Origin: Lingula anatina
Lineage: Eukaryota; Animalia; Brachiopoda
Length of the DNA stretch: 64,000 nucleotides
Direction: 5' to 3'
Assembly: GCA_051362555.1 (NCBI GenBank)
Contig: CM120642.1
Span: forward strand, 23,932,001-23,996,000
The translations under genes were made by a program, and so were the position numbers. The notes under the pieces were generated by a model. The model had not been told where the DNA came from, ran no database searches, and saw only the letters and a program-made list of their open reading frames with translations. Numbering within the stretch: the stretch's first letter is position 1; each line of letters begins with the position of its first letter. This document shows, in pieces, positions 11,501 through 23,400 of the stretch.

Positions 11501-14500
11501 CTGCAGAGTTATTTCAAAATTACCATCGCCGAGACCCATTCACCCTTGAAGACATTCTTGACAGAGGGGGTCCAAGGCATGATGAAACCCATGAAGAAGA
11601 TCCAATACCAGGTGACACTCAAAATGAAGTGCAAGAGTCAGTCCATGAAAAACATTTCATCCAATGTGTACAAGATGTGAAAATGAATGATGATTTAGTT
11701 TTACAAATTCTCTTTGTCACTAATTTATCTGTCATGGTGTATACAGGAGACATTGTTGAAGAAATTGTTGATGTCATCGTCAGTGCATCCAATGAATTCC
11801 TGGCAAATGCTGGAGGGGTAGCAGCCGCCATTTCTGACGGTGCAGGAAGATTGCTTGACAGGGCATGTGCGCAGATACTTATAGAACGAGGCCATCCTTT
11901 GGGAGTGACTGAAAATGAAGTAACCACAGCTGGAGATCTCCAGGCCAAGTACGTAATACATGCTGTTGGCCCTCAGCTCAGAGATTACCCAGATGATGCC
12001 GATCGTCTGCAGAAACTGAAGCTGACTTTTGTGAACATCTTCAGGAGAGCTGATGAATTAAAGCAAACAACTATTGCCCTACCAGCAATCGGTGCAGGTA
12101 AATGGGATATTGTTGCAGTTGTTTAATAGAAATAACTGTTTAAGAACCCTTTTTTTGTGAATTTTGTGATCATTTTCAAATATTTTCATCAGGAAACTCA
12201 TCCAAGCTGAAGGCTTTTTGGTAAAATAGGCCTGACTGTAATAAATTCTGTGGAGATGTTAACAAAAATATTTATTTGAAAGCTTCAGGTCAAAAGGTTT
12301 TCAGTTTGAGTGGCAAAAATTGGTTGAAATAGTTTCAAGTTAAACTTTTTTTACTTATTTAATCACTGATGAAGATACAGAATGGTTATTTGTACAATGT
12401 ATTTTAGGTGCTGCTGGTGTACCTCTCAATGATGTTGCCGTGGCTCTGTTTTCTGCTATTAATCATGTTGCCAAACGTAGGCAAAGTGGCCGCTATCTTA
12501 GTCTGAAGGAAATTCATGTCCTGAACATTGACCCTGAAGCCACCAAAGTTGTCCAAGACATTTTCATGCAGGAATCTGTCACAGTTCCAGCAATTTCATC
12601 GAAAAGTGTGAAAGGTATTTAACAGCTTTGTCTTTTTTGCATACTTTGGTATTTAAAAAAAAAAAGGGTTTGACATGACTTCTTTGTTCCAAGACTTAGT
12701 TTCATGATGTTGTCGTTCACTAAGGTAGCTTTGTGACACAGAATATCAGAAACAAGAGTGCCATAACGTATGCTGGAAATGAATGCAATGGTGTAAATCT
12801 TGAGATTATAATTTATATACTTGTAGCCTTGAATGAAAAGTCAAGGAGACTGTGATAGAACATTTTGTCTTATGTTTTGCAGTTTTTAAAACATTATTTC
12901 AAGTTACCGTTTTATCAGGATACCAACTCATGTGACATGTCAATCAACGTTTTAGTCATTTTTACCTCTACCTCACGCTTAAATTTTAACAATAGAGAGA
13001 AACACCTCCCAAGATTTGCATTTCATCCATAATGCATAGAAGTTGTATACAAATGCAATTAAAAACCATTTTCTTACCTCTGTTTTCAAGGACCAGTCAC
13101 AGAAATTGAAGGAGCAGTCCAAAAGCTTTTAGAGAGAGGTGATGCGAGGACCCAGGAAGTGATCAATGAACTTCTGGATGAAACTGAACGTATTGGACAA
13201 CTTGAACAAGGTAGATCAAGGCGAGGTCTCATGGTGGAATCGGTCCTTGAAGAAGAACCAGGATGTAAGACACATCCAAGAACAGAAGAAGAAGCCATTT
13301 TGGCTATGGAACAACAGAGATCTAGGCCACCCCGGCGTCACCAACCACAATATGGGGATTTAGAGCCAGGGTGTAAGACCCATGCAAGAACAGAAGAAGC
13401 AGCCATTCATGCTCTGAAACACCAAAGATCACCCAACTCTCCAAGGTGTCATCAACCAACATATGGTGGTGCAGAACCACATGCCAAGACCATCCCCAGA
13501 AGAGATGATGAGATGCGCGGTTCAGTGCCACAATCCCAGCCTCAGATTATCCAATCCCCTAAGGCCTCTCGCCCAGTCAAGAACATTGGACAGCGTTGTG
13601 CTTTCTGCAGCTTTGACCATAACCTATTGCGCTTGTCCTGCCATCACATTTTGTGTCGGCCATGTTGGGAATCAATTCCACTCGATACCTTTGGAAGACA
13701 TCCTTGCCCTTTCTGCTCTGGGAAAACTTCATCTCCAAAAAGAAGGACAACTGCTCCTCCTCCAACTACCACGACAACTGCTAGAGAACCAAAAAATCAG
13801 AATACTGTGGGGCAAGTTTATGACCTGCCAGGCAATCTACGCCATGTGACAGATGAACGTCAACTCCCAGGATACCGTGGACACTCCACCATAATTCTTC
13901 ACCTGGACATCCCAGATGGTGTGCAGAAGGTAAGATGTTTCGAAATGAATGTTATGATTCCCCTGTAGCAAAGTGAATAGTTTGCAGCAATGTTGCAAGA
14001 AAATTGCAGCAATATTGCTGCAAACTTAAGGGAGTTTGCAACAGAAAATTAATGCTGCTAATTTGTAGCAGTATTGCAGTAAATTTGCTAAGAATTGCAG
14101 TTTGCAACAATATTGCAGCAAATTTGCTGCCAATTTGCTGCAGGCCTGATATTTTGCTAAGGGTCATCCAGATGGGTTTTATTTTCAGTAAAGAAAAAAT
14201 TGAATCTGATACTGGATCTTATTTCTAATGACTTTGTTAGAAGGAGGAAAGGTATTGTTACTCGTTTGAAGTAAGATCCAGTATCAGGTAATTTTTTTCT
14301 TTACTTAAGTTAGATGTTTCAGTCTGTTTACTGTAATAGCACAAAATGTGTGGTATACTTTTTCAACACCTTTGTCTAAATCACCAAGGTATACCATATC
14401 CAAAACCTTTCATGAAATTATAATACATAAGCTTATTTTTGAGTCCTGCATGTATGCCATATCCAAAACCTTTCATGAAATTAAAATACTTAAGCTTATT

Positions 14501-15195
14501 TTTGAGTCCTGCATTTTTAGTTTTGGGTCATAAAAGATAAATTTTTATCTTGTGACAATAAACATTAGAAATTAAAACTCAGAAATGGTTTATATATCTT
14601 TATTTTGTCAATGCAGTGCTTTACCATGGAAATTAAATTTTTGCTGTATAAAGGTCTAGTAGTCATTGAAGCTTGTTATAGTTTCAAAGGACGGAGGAGA
14701 TTGCATGTGAAACTTAAAAAGAATGAACAAACGAACAAAAAGATTTTTAAAAACTGTTCTTTGAACCATTACAAGATCTTGAATTGAGGATTGTAATTAA
14801 TTGAAAGACATTGGTCATAGTTTGTGTTCAATTAAGAAATAAAATTTTTAAAGTCTTTAATTATTTTGGATCATTTCAGTCTGACAATGTTCATGTTTCA
14901 AACCAAAGGGAATACAGACTACACATACTTATACTAAATACTTGTTTTAAATTCCTAGAAAACCCATCCATACCCAGGGAGACCATACAAAGGCACCAAA
15001 ATAGTGGGTTATCTGCCAGACACACCTGAGGGAAGACAAGTTCTCAGTTTGTTGTATGATTGCTTTAATGCTGGAAAGATGTTCCGAGTGATCAGGGCAA
15101 AAAGCAGTGGAATGGACCGAGTGGTATCCAATATTCCTATTAAGACGGATGTGTATGGAGAGTAAGTACAAGAATCTTTTTCCTTTTTTTTTCTT

Positions 15196-15226
<31 letters not shown>

Positions 15227-16056
15227 TTTTTTTTTGGTGAAATATAGCATTCATGCTGGTTTAGTGAGGCATATCCTGTGTTGCAAATATTTGTTAGTAA
15301 TGTCGAATATTTGCCCAGCATTTCATTTATGTACAACTAGCATGAACAGAGATGCTATGATTTGTGAAGAATGATAACTGTATTTTTATTCAATTTGTTC
15401 TGCTGTTGTTGTTTCCATTGGCATGATCACATCCAGTGCAAATTAGGTAGTGACATACCCCTGTTTCCACATTGATTTTAATCCATATTTATGATAACAC
15501 GGTCACTGTGGATTTTGAGATCTAAGGCACAATGGGGAGGGGGTGCTCTTTTATTTGGCCACCTAGTGACATCACATGGTACATTTCCAGACCAAGAGCG
15601 CATTCAGAAAAGCAGACTTATAAATCTGCTCATCAAATATGGTGACCCACTAAAAAACTTGCCGCTTAATTCCCAATTAGACACTGAATAGATTCCTCAC
15701 GGGGATTACACAACAAGCATTCAAGTGGGTCAGCCAAATCTGATCCGTGGATCTGTTAGTCCGCTGTTCTGAATGTAATCCTGATGAAGATTTGCCAATT
15801 AATGCTGCATGTCGTTTTGTCCATCTGTAAGTTTTTCTTGAAAATTGTGTGAGTTTGACACACCCAGATATAAACATCATGGTAGAAGCATTGTCAATAC
15901 ATTTTACTTTGGCATCAATTGTAGCTTGCTTTTCTCACTCAAAATGTGTTTTTTAATTACAAAATAATCTTATTTTCTTTCTACAGGAGTGGTTACCCCG
16001 ACACCAATTATCTCCCACAGCTTCAAGAACGCCTGTGTTCCCTGGGTCTGCAGTGA
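8518..16056 (+). CDS. Deltex/DTX3L-like RING E3 ligase with fused Macro domain (RRM-like, KH-like, Macro, RING, DTC), ~1068 aa
   Basis: Seven phase-consistent GT-AG coding exons: 8518-8668, 9312-9388, 10438-12097, 12408-12614, 13091-13929, 14959-15161, 15987-16056 (3207 nt, ends TGA). RRM-like LRTYF...ALITF...VNQVL...HSVNG. Macro GDIVEE..DVIVSASN..L..AGGVAAAI..YVIHAVGP..IALPAIGAG. RING CAFC..CHHILCRPC..CPFC (13597-13716). DTC LPGY..TI..IPDGVQ..HPYPGRPYKG..YLPDTPEGRQVL..GYPDTNYL. Confidence 0.9.
9066..9212. repeat. Intronic direct duplication of ~63 bp
   Basis: AAAGCCCCAGTCAGCAAGTCTTTTCCAATG...GTAATGGCAGAAATTATTT occurs at ~9066 and ~9148. Confidence 0.85.
9678..10293. mobile_element. TTAA-targeting (Kolobok-like) non-autonomous DNA transposon, long variant
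   Basis: TTAA on both flanks; TIR AGTCATAATAACTCTTC / GAAGAGTTGTTATTGCT. Ends homologous to 41038-41375, 49911-50246 and 55560-55868. Confidence 0.7.
13252..13510 (+). repeat. Coding tandem repeat (~36-37 aa, ~2.3 copies) between Macro and RING
   Basis: EEPGCKTHPRTEEEAILAMEQQRSRPPRRHQPQYGD / LEPGCKTHARTEEAAIHALKHQRSPNSPRCHQPTYGG / AEPHAKTIPRRDDE. Confidence 0.85.
13961..14163. mobile_element. EnSpm/CACTA-like MITE with TTGCAGCAA subterminal repeats
   Basis: Ends CCCTGTAGCAAA / TTTGCTAAGGG with a 2-bp TC TSD; many TTGCAGCAA/TTGCTGCAA units inside. Confidence 0.6.
14391..14514. repeat. Tandem duplication of ~60 bp
   Basis: CCATATCCAAAACCTTTCATGAAATTA...AAGCTTATTTTTGAGTCCTGCAT present twice. 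Confidence 0.85.
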
Positions 16057-17890
16057 ACTTGTACAAGTACATAACAAGGAATGATCATATAATGGGCAGT
16101 CAGCCACATTTATATGTAGACTATTAATAACATAGAATATTAGGGTATATTATAGAACTGTAATTGTTGCATCTTTATATCTTTAATAATTCATTGATGT
16201 GAAACTTAAACAAGTATATGCATATACCAAGTTGATATACAAACATGAAGTTATGTGTAAATTAATTCTTTTGATGTGTAGATTTGGTAGCATCGATGTA
16301 CATGTATATGTGAAAACAGATGCTTGTTAAATACATGATTTCCTTTGCAAGAACTTTCAGAATTATCTAAAAATAAAACTAAATTTGTAGTGTGAAAAGA
16401 AAAAAAAAAGGTTATTGAAGTTTTATTGTAACCTTATTTTAAAGGCACAATATGTAAGATGTGTAGAAATTGTATTTGAAATATATTATCAGCTAATTCG
16501 TAAATTGCTAAACGCTAATATGTAAATTTTGGATAAGTACCTTTTAATATTTCTTTCCATTAAGTTCACAGACATAAGGCTGAACCCCTGAGGTGAATGA
16601 TAGTTTGAAAAGATATCTTAGCCTCTGTTCTGTATACCATACTGAATGGTGGACTGAAAATTTGAAGGCAAATATTTACTAGATAACTGTTGGAGTTTGA
16701 AAACTGGGTAACATATTAGCTGAATTACATGCCCTGTAGCAAAATGTACACAATGAGAACATCCTGGAAATTTCAACATTTTTAATATACCAGGTCCAAA
16801 TATATATATGGCTTGAAAAGAGGTTTATATATAATTGTAACAATTTTGGATAAGATGTACTGCAGTGATTAAGGGGAACATTATTAATTTTCTTGCTAGC
16901 TCATGCATCGATAATTTTTTAATTTGCATTCGAAATGTAAAAAATTATTTTTCTTACCTACCGCAGAATAGTCTATTAAGCAAAGGGAGTAGAGATGTCC
17001 TCCTTCCAATTTTACAAGGATTTTCAGCAAAAAAAATGTGGTTGGGTTTAGACCTGATAATTGCTTTATAAAGCACTTTGAGCTTATTTTTGGTGTGCCA
17101 TCTGTTACAAAAGCTTTAAATTCAGCACAAATATGTTCTGGAGAGGCCTACATGTGTAACATGACGTTTGCTTGCTATTTGCTACGCAGCATTAAAGGAC
17201 AAATATGAACATGCAAAGTTGGAAGCATATTTGAATAACCATTTGTAAATCAAATATATGTGCCATGCATGTTACATGTTATATGATAATCTTATATCCT
17301 AGTGCTATTGTATTGTAATCTAGTTCCTTTGAAAGAATTGAGTCAATACCATGTGTGTTAAATATTCAAGATATATATGTACAAAATTTAATTATCATTC
17401 TGAGTTATTGGTGTTTCATCTTTGCTTTCAATTTCAATTATCAGACTGCAAAATGGTGTGGAAAAAAATTTTTATCGGATTATATTGTAATTTTCTTTAG
17501 AACAGCTACTTCCTTGGAAGAAAAGAAACAGAAGATCAAGTATTAAGTGGAGCTGGGCTGGGCATTCATATTATTGATACACCAAGCAGAGACTAAGAAG
17601 CTACTTGACCAGTGAAATGATTGCTCAGCACAGGCATAGTGAAATCACTTTGTTTATCGCCAACTCTAAATACAGGTTGTCCTCTTAATTCATCTTAAAA
17701 TGTTTTTGACTGTTTATTAAATGAAAAAAGGACAATTTTGAAGTTATTTTTGTTTGGAATTAAACAGATGAGTTTAGTGTTAGAGATGACGTTGAACAAA
17801 AGCTTAAATGTTGAGAACTGGACCTGTTACTTTATTATTACTATTTAATAACGTTTACCTTCTGCTTTGGTTATTAGTTTGAGTTCATTA

Positions 17891-18113
17891 AGCCCCCTTT
17901 ACACTGGACGGCGTCCTTTCTGCGTCCAGCAGTACGGTCCTATTTGAGAGTTAAAAGATTATAATACTTTACGTGCCGACAACTGGCCGATCATTGAGCA
18001 TTCATTCTGATACAAAATCAATGCTCGTACCTCCTTATTAAGACCACATTGATGTCAAATTTCATGGTCGCAGAAAGGACGCAGAACGGACGCCGTCCAG
18101 TGTAAAGGGGGTA
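17891..18113. mobile_element. PIF/Harbinger-like MITE
   Basis: TIR CCCCCTTTACACTGGACGGCGTCC / GGACGCCGTCCAGTGTAAAGGGGG; TTA on both flanks. Confidence 0.75.
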
Positions 18114-18905
18114 TTAGCAATATGCTTGTATTTATTGTGATTTTAGTAACAAGTTGCAGTTTACATTTGATTTATTATAAAATGTTTCATGTGTATGAAG
18201 TGATTTCAGTGTTAGATCTATATTGCGTTAATTGGATTGCTATTACATATAAAGTACATATTAGCAAAAGGGTTTGACAACCATTATCTGTATTATTAGA
18301 CAAGCTGTGAAATGAATTTAGTTATAACCATATAATATTTGGAAACAAATAATGCTTCTTTGGCATTGAAATATCTTTTATTAAGAATACATCATCCGAA
18401 TACACATGAATGTGAAGAGGTAACCACTCATAATATGAAGTTTAGGAAGTGGAATGGACAGATACATTAATTAAAATATAAGAATTTTGAAATATATGAC
18501 ATTAACCTATACTTAATTTAAGAGTACAAAATCCTTATACACTGCTATCTGATGCACAAGACTGACATTTTTGTAACTATTTGTGGCGCTTGCTTAAATA
18601 AATTCAGAAAAAGTGAATATTGTCAAAATGTTACATGCCACAGAGGATAGAGATGGAAACTAACTGTGAAATACAATGGAGTTTCAAACCAGTTGATGAT
18701 CCCTTCAATACACAATTGCTAAATTATACATGGTTTTTAAAGTCTAACAAACCAGACAGCACATCTGCTACAGTCTATACAAATAATGTAAAAAATATTC
18801 AAAGACCCTGAATTAGTTTAAATGGGAATCCCTTCTTATCCCTCTTAAATAACTGCATCTCAAAAGTTCATCAAAATTTGTGAAGAATTTTATGAGATAT
18901 CATGG

Positions 18906-18954
<49 letters not shown>

Positions 18955-20451
18955 TCCAAGGCAGACAAAACACCTATCCACCTTCATCACCAGTTGTTTT
19001 AAATTCCTTGAAACATTAAGATCAACAACAATTATTCAAAACCACTCACAAAGCTAATCTATATGAAGGTGGTATATGTATTAAACCTCATAATACCTTT
19101 GGAATGACTTATGCAATTGCTTGGATTTAACAACCTCAAAGAAATAAATCCACTTTCTAATTGCAGTTTTTGGAGGTAATTTGTTGCTTAACATTTGTGA
19201 AATAATAATTTTTAAAAATTCACATAAAGCATAACCACAACTTGCAATTTAAACAACAAAGTTTTCCTGCTTACGAAATATGGAAGAAAAAAATTCCATG
19301 TATTGCGTTTGTATCACAGTAACACATTTAACATGATTATATACATTAAATTACATAATATATATTTCTTGAAAAATAATTGGCAGTTCAACAGAATGGA
19401 AAAGATGTTAACATTTCTCTGAAAGTCTCTGCCTAAAGTAATGCAGTCAAGTACTGCCATGTGACAAAGGGGTTAAATGACTTATATCATAAAAGTATCA
19501 CTCAAATAAAATTTACAAATGCTTTATAATTAAAAAGACTGACAAATGTTTGCCCTTAAATTGCAATATTGAGACAAATTAATCATTGGCCAAAAGCAAA
19601 AAGGGAGGCTCTGTCACTGCCTTTCCCACTAACAGCAGTCAATCCTCACCAAAAATATAAATGAAGAAAAAAACAAAAACGGATTATGCATCATTCATAT
19701 CATGTGATACAAGTAACCATAAAAAGTATGCAGAGCAAAAGGAATCCTTGTCCCATTTACCCGAATCATTTGCATTTTTTTTCACAGGTAGTTTTCTCTT
19801 TAAGTTGGATATTAAATGTTTGGTAGGACGGAATGTGACGTATGTAAGATGCATGCATGTGTAAGGTACACGAAGTTCTTATCAAAAATTACCCAAGACA
19901 GAGAAAAAAATCAATAAACCTTTTGTTTATATAACAACATACTTTGTTATATAAAACGTAAGTCTACATAGTTGCTTAAAAGTGGCTAATTCCTATTACA
20001 ATACAATGACATAACAACACTTTTACTGAATTATCACAGTATTTTCATACAACTGAAGTTAATAACCACACAATGTCACAACCACATGTGCATACTAGAT
20101 GTTTGTAACAGCAGAACAGAAAGTTGTTTGTTTTTCAAACCATTTCAATCCAAGGGACTGGATGAAATTATCCCAAGTATATTCCAGTTTATCTGGTAGA
20201 GGAGATGTGAGACGCTCAGATATGTATATAACATCTAGCCAATGTCAATCATCAAGCTTTCAAAATTTCTGCATTTCTAAAATAAAATCTCAATCATAAC
20301 TTCATTTTTTTCTTTCTCATTTGAGTTTAGGGTGTAATATCCGAAAGTAATGTATTTCTATACTGATTTATAAAATGGAGCATTGAAAGAATCAATGGTT
20401 TTATTTAATACTGGAGGTACTGTAGGGTTTCTTAACTGCGCACAAATAGTT

Positions 20452-23400
20452 TTACTCTGCTGGAGGTGGAGGAGGGTCCCCTAACTGAGTCCCAATGCGT
20501 CTGTACATTGGTTCTCTGATTGTGTTCATTGACCGCACGGTCATGGGATGTTTGGGGCCATAGATCTCCACACAAAGGTACGCCTGTTTCTTAAAACAGT
20601 CGTAGGCTTTCAGGTAATCTCGCAGCTCTTCATAATGAATGCCTGTATTTGTCATGATCCGAGAAGCCAAAATGCACTTTTCTCCATAGACCTGGTAACA
20701 CATTGTTTTGGCCTTTTCATAAAGCTGAAAAGGAAATAGTTTAATAAAATATGATTCTTTCAAGAGATGAATACAAAATGGAATCAAATGTGAAAAAGTG
20801 ACCCTTCACTTTAGCTGCTATATGTCTCCCCTGTTTACAGAGAGTCACCTCTTGTTAACCGACTTGTCAATTTTGTATGGAAATAATTACCTTGAGTTGT
20901 TCAGGCACAGCACTTTGACATAACAATCCTTCAGTCATAGTTGTCTCAGCAAGCATCCCAATGTCATTAAGCTGATAAAAGACAAAAATAAAAATTTATT
21001 ACTTTTTTTGTGCATATATCCATTTGTAAGGTCATAGTATTCTTAGAATGAAATTGTGCAAAAATAAATAAATAAATATGATCTACTCAAAAGTGACAAA
21101 ATACTTTAAAATGAATAATTTCAAAACATTATTTCAACAGTTGCTAGAAGTGATCCTGTAAAAAAAAACCCTTCAAATTTCAATCATAATCTATTGTAAC
21201 TGTTCCTCCTTTTCACACTCTAGATTAATAACTAACAAGCAATTTGCATAAGAATCCTCATAATTTATGTAATTTTACCTCCTCAAAGACCTGTTGCGCA
21301 GCTTTAATATATTCCTTCCCATCCGTCAATGCTGCCTGTGCACTACGCTGGGTGTTACCGCCACGCAGGGACCACCCAGACAGGTGAAACGTGATCCGAG
21401 ACATGTCAGACGCCCACTTGGACTGAAATCAGAAATTTGTGTCAAGTCCCAAAAAAATTTCCAAAACTCTGATCCCATTATGAGCCAATGGTAGAGAAAA
21501 AAGAGCTGTAAAGTGGAAACAGTAAGGTCCAAGGATCTCAGAACAAATTTTCAGTGTGTTTTTTTTTTCCAGACCCCCCCCCCCCCCCACACACACACAC
21601 ACACACATCATAAATGAATATAAATATTGTACCTTGAGTTCCTTGGAGTTGACAGCCAAGGGTTTGATGGCATCAATGGCCTTGGCATACCACTCGATGC
21701 AAGTATTCAGGTCTGGTAACTGACTTCTGTACATAAATTCATATTTCTTTATGACCTGAAATTGGAGTTCAAAACAATTTGACAGTTTTTCTTTACAGGA
21801 TCAAAAGATCCCATAAGAGATTCCATCTGTACTAATAAATTATAGGATGTATAAATCATATATCAAAATGTAATTGCATGTATGACATGGTTCAGGCCTG
21901 TAGCCGGGGGGGGGGGGGGGGGGGGGGTTCAAAAGAACCATCTCTTTTGTCATGAAAAGGTCCACTTTGGGTAAAATTTTATCTAGGTATATATAAATTT
22001 CACTGTAAAAGGTCCACTTTTATCAGTAAAAGAACACCCCTTTTGAATTTGCTGGCTACGGGCCTGTGGTTATCGTCAAGTGAAAAAACTTACTCCTTCA
22101 TCCCAGACTTTAGCCATCAGATTGTACAGTCGTGCCATTCTCTCTGGTCTCTTTCCCAACAGTGTCTCTTCCATAGCCATGGCCTTTTCTGCTAATGCTT
22201 TTGGTTCTTCAAAGAACCCCACTTGAGACCTGAAAACAATTTAGAAATCCCAGTTAAAATTTGTTGGTTCTGCCTGTGCAGTAAGCTTATCTCTGCTGTC
22301 CTTTTTCTTTTCAATTACTCGAAAATATATTCAGATAATTTCAAATTCTGTCAATAAGTGTTGGTCACAGTGCATGATCCAAAGACTGTAGTACTGTTAT
22401 CAGTGTGGAACAACTCAATGTACAAAATGCACATAGGGACCATTCAGAATGACCGAGTGCTAGCTAGGCCACAACCTAAATATGGCGGACCTACATGAAA
22501 GGAAGACCACTTACGTAATCCTGTAATTGTCTCTCCACCTTTCACACACCTCCCCATGCATCATCCCTGCAGGGGCACAATAATTAATTCTTGGCTCAAT
22601 TCAATCGGGTGAGGAACAACGGGTGGGGAGGCGTGTGAGAGGCGGAGAGACCATTACAGGATTAAGCGGTCTTCTTTTCATGTAGTTCTGCCATATTTAG
22701 GTCATGGCCTAGCTAGCACTTAGCTCTTCTCATTCTGAATGGTCCCATAATGGAATGACAATGACATGGTTTCTGTGCAAGCATGCACACCTGCATGCGA
22801 AACATGTAAATTAAAAAAATTCTTTTTACTTACAATACCCTTGCAACTTTTTCATATCTCAAAGCCAACCGGGCCTCATCAAAATCAGGAGAATTTTCCA
22901 TGTTGTGCAAAGCTTCCAGGTAGAGAGTTTTCATTCTGTCTGTGTCACCAACCTACAAAAACACAAAACAGAAAATTACACATCAATTTCCAATGACTGC
23001 TCATAGAGTTATTTTTAGGAAATTATAATACAGTAACAAAATACCAATTTTGCAACCTCAAACAACATTAATAAACAAGATCTTTGCCAGGATCCAATGC
23101 CCTAATTCATGGAAATAACAAAATTAAAGTTCTATGTAGGATAGCCATCCAGTTGTGGTTTACAAAAATCAATTCAATTAGGCTAAATTGTAACCACAGT
23201 AATTTTTAATTAATAAGAAAAAAGTTTAATTCAAAACATTTCTTAGAAATGGTAAATGCCCTGTGAGAACCTTAGTAAAGTGACTAAGACATGGAAATTT
23301 ACCCAATTTTCAGGCCATACTTGGTTTGCTATTTTTAGATTTAAGAGCCAACCCATATGACTGCATGTATATGTATATGCCTACTTTTGTGTAATACTAT

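Noticed and set aside
10540-12126. 528-aa ORF as a stand-alone gene
   Set aside because: It is internal exon 10438-12097 of the spliced Macro-RING-DTC gene; its start and last residues are ORF-caller artefacts.
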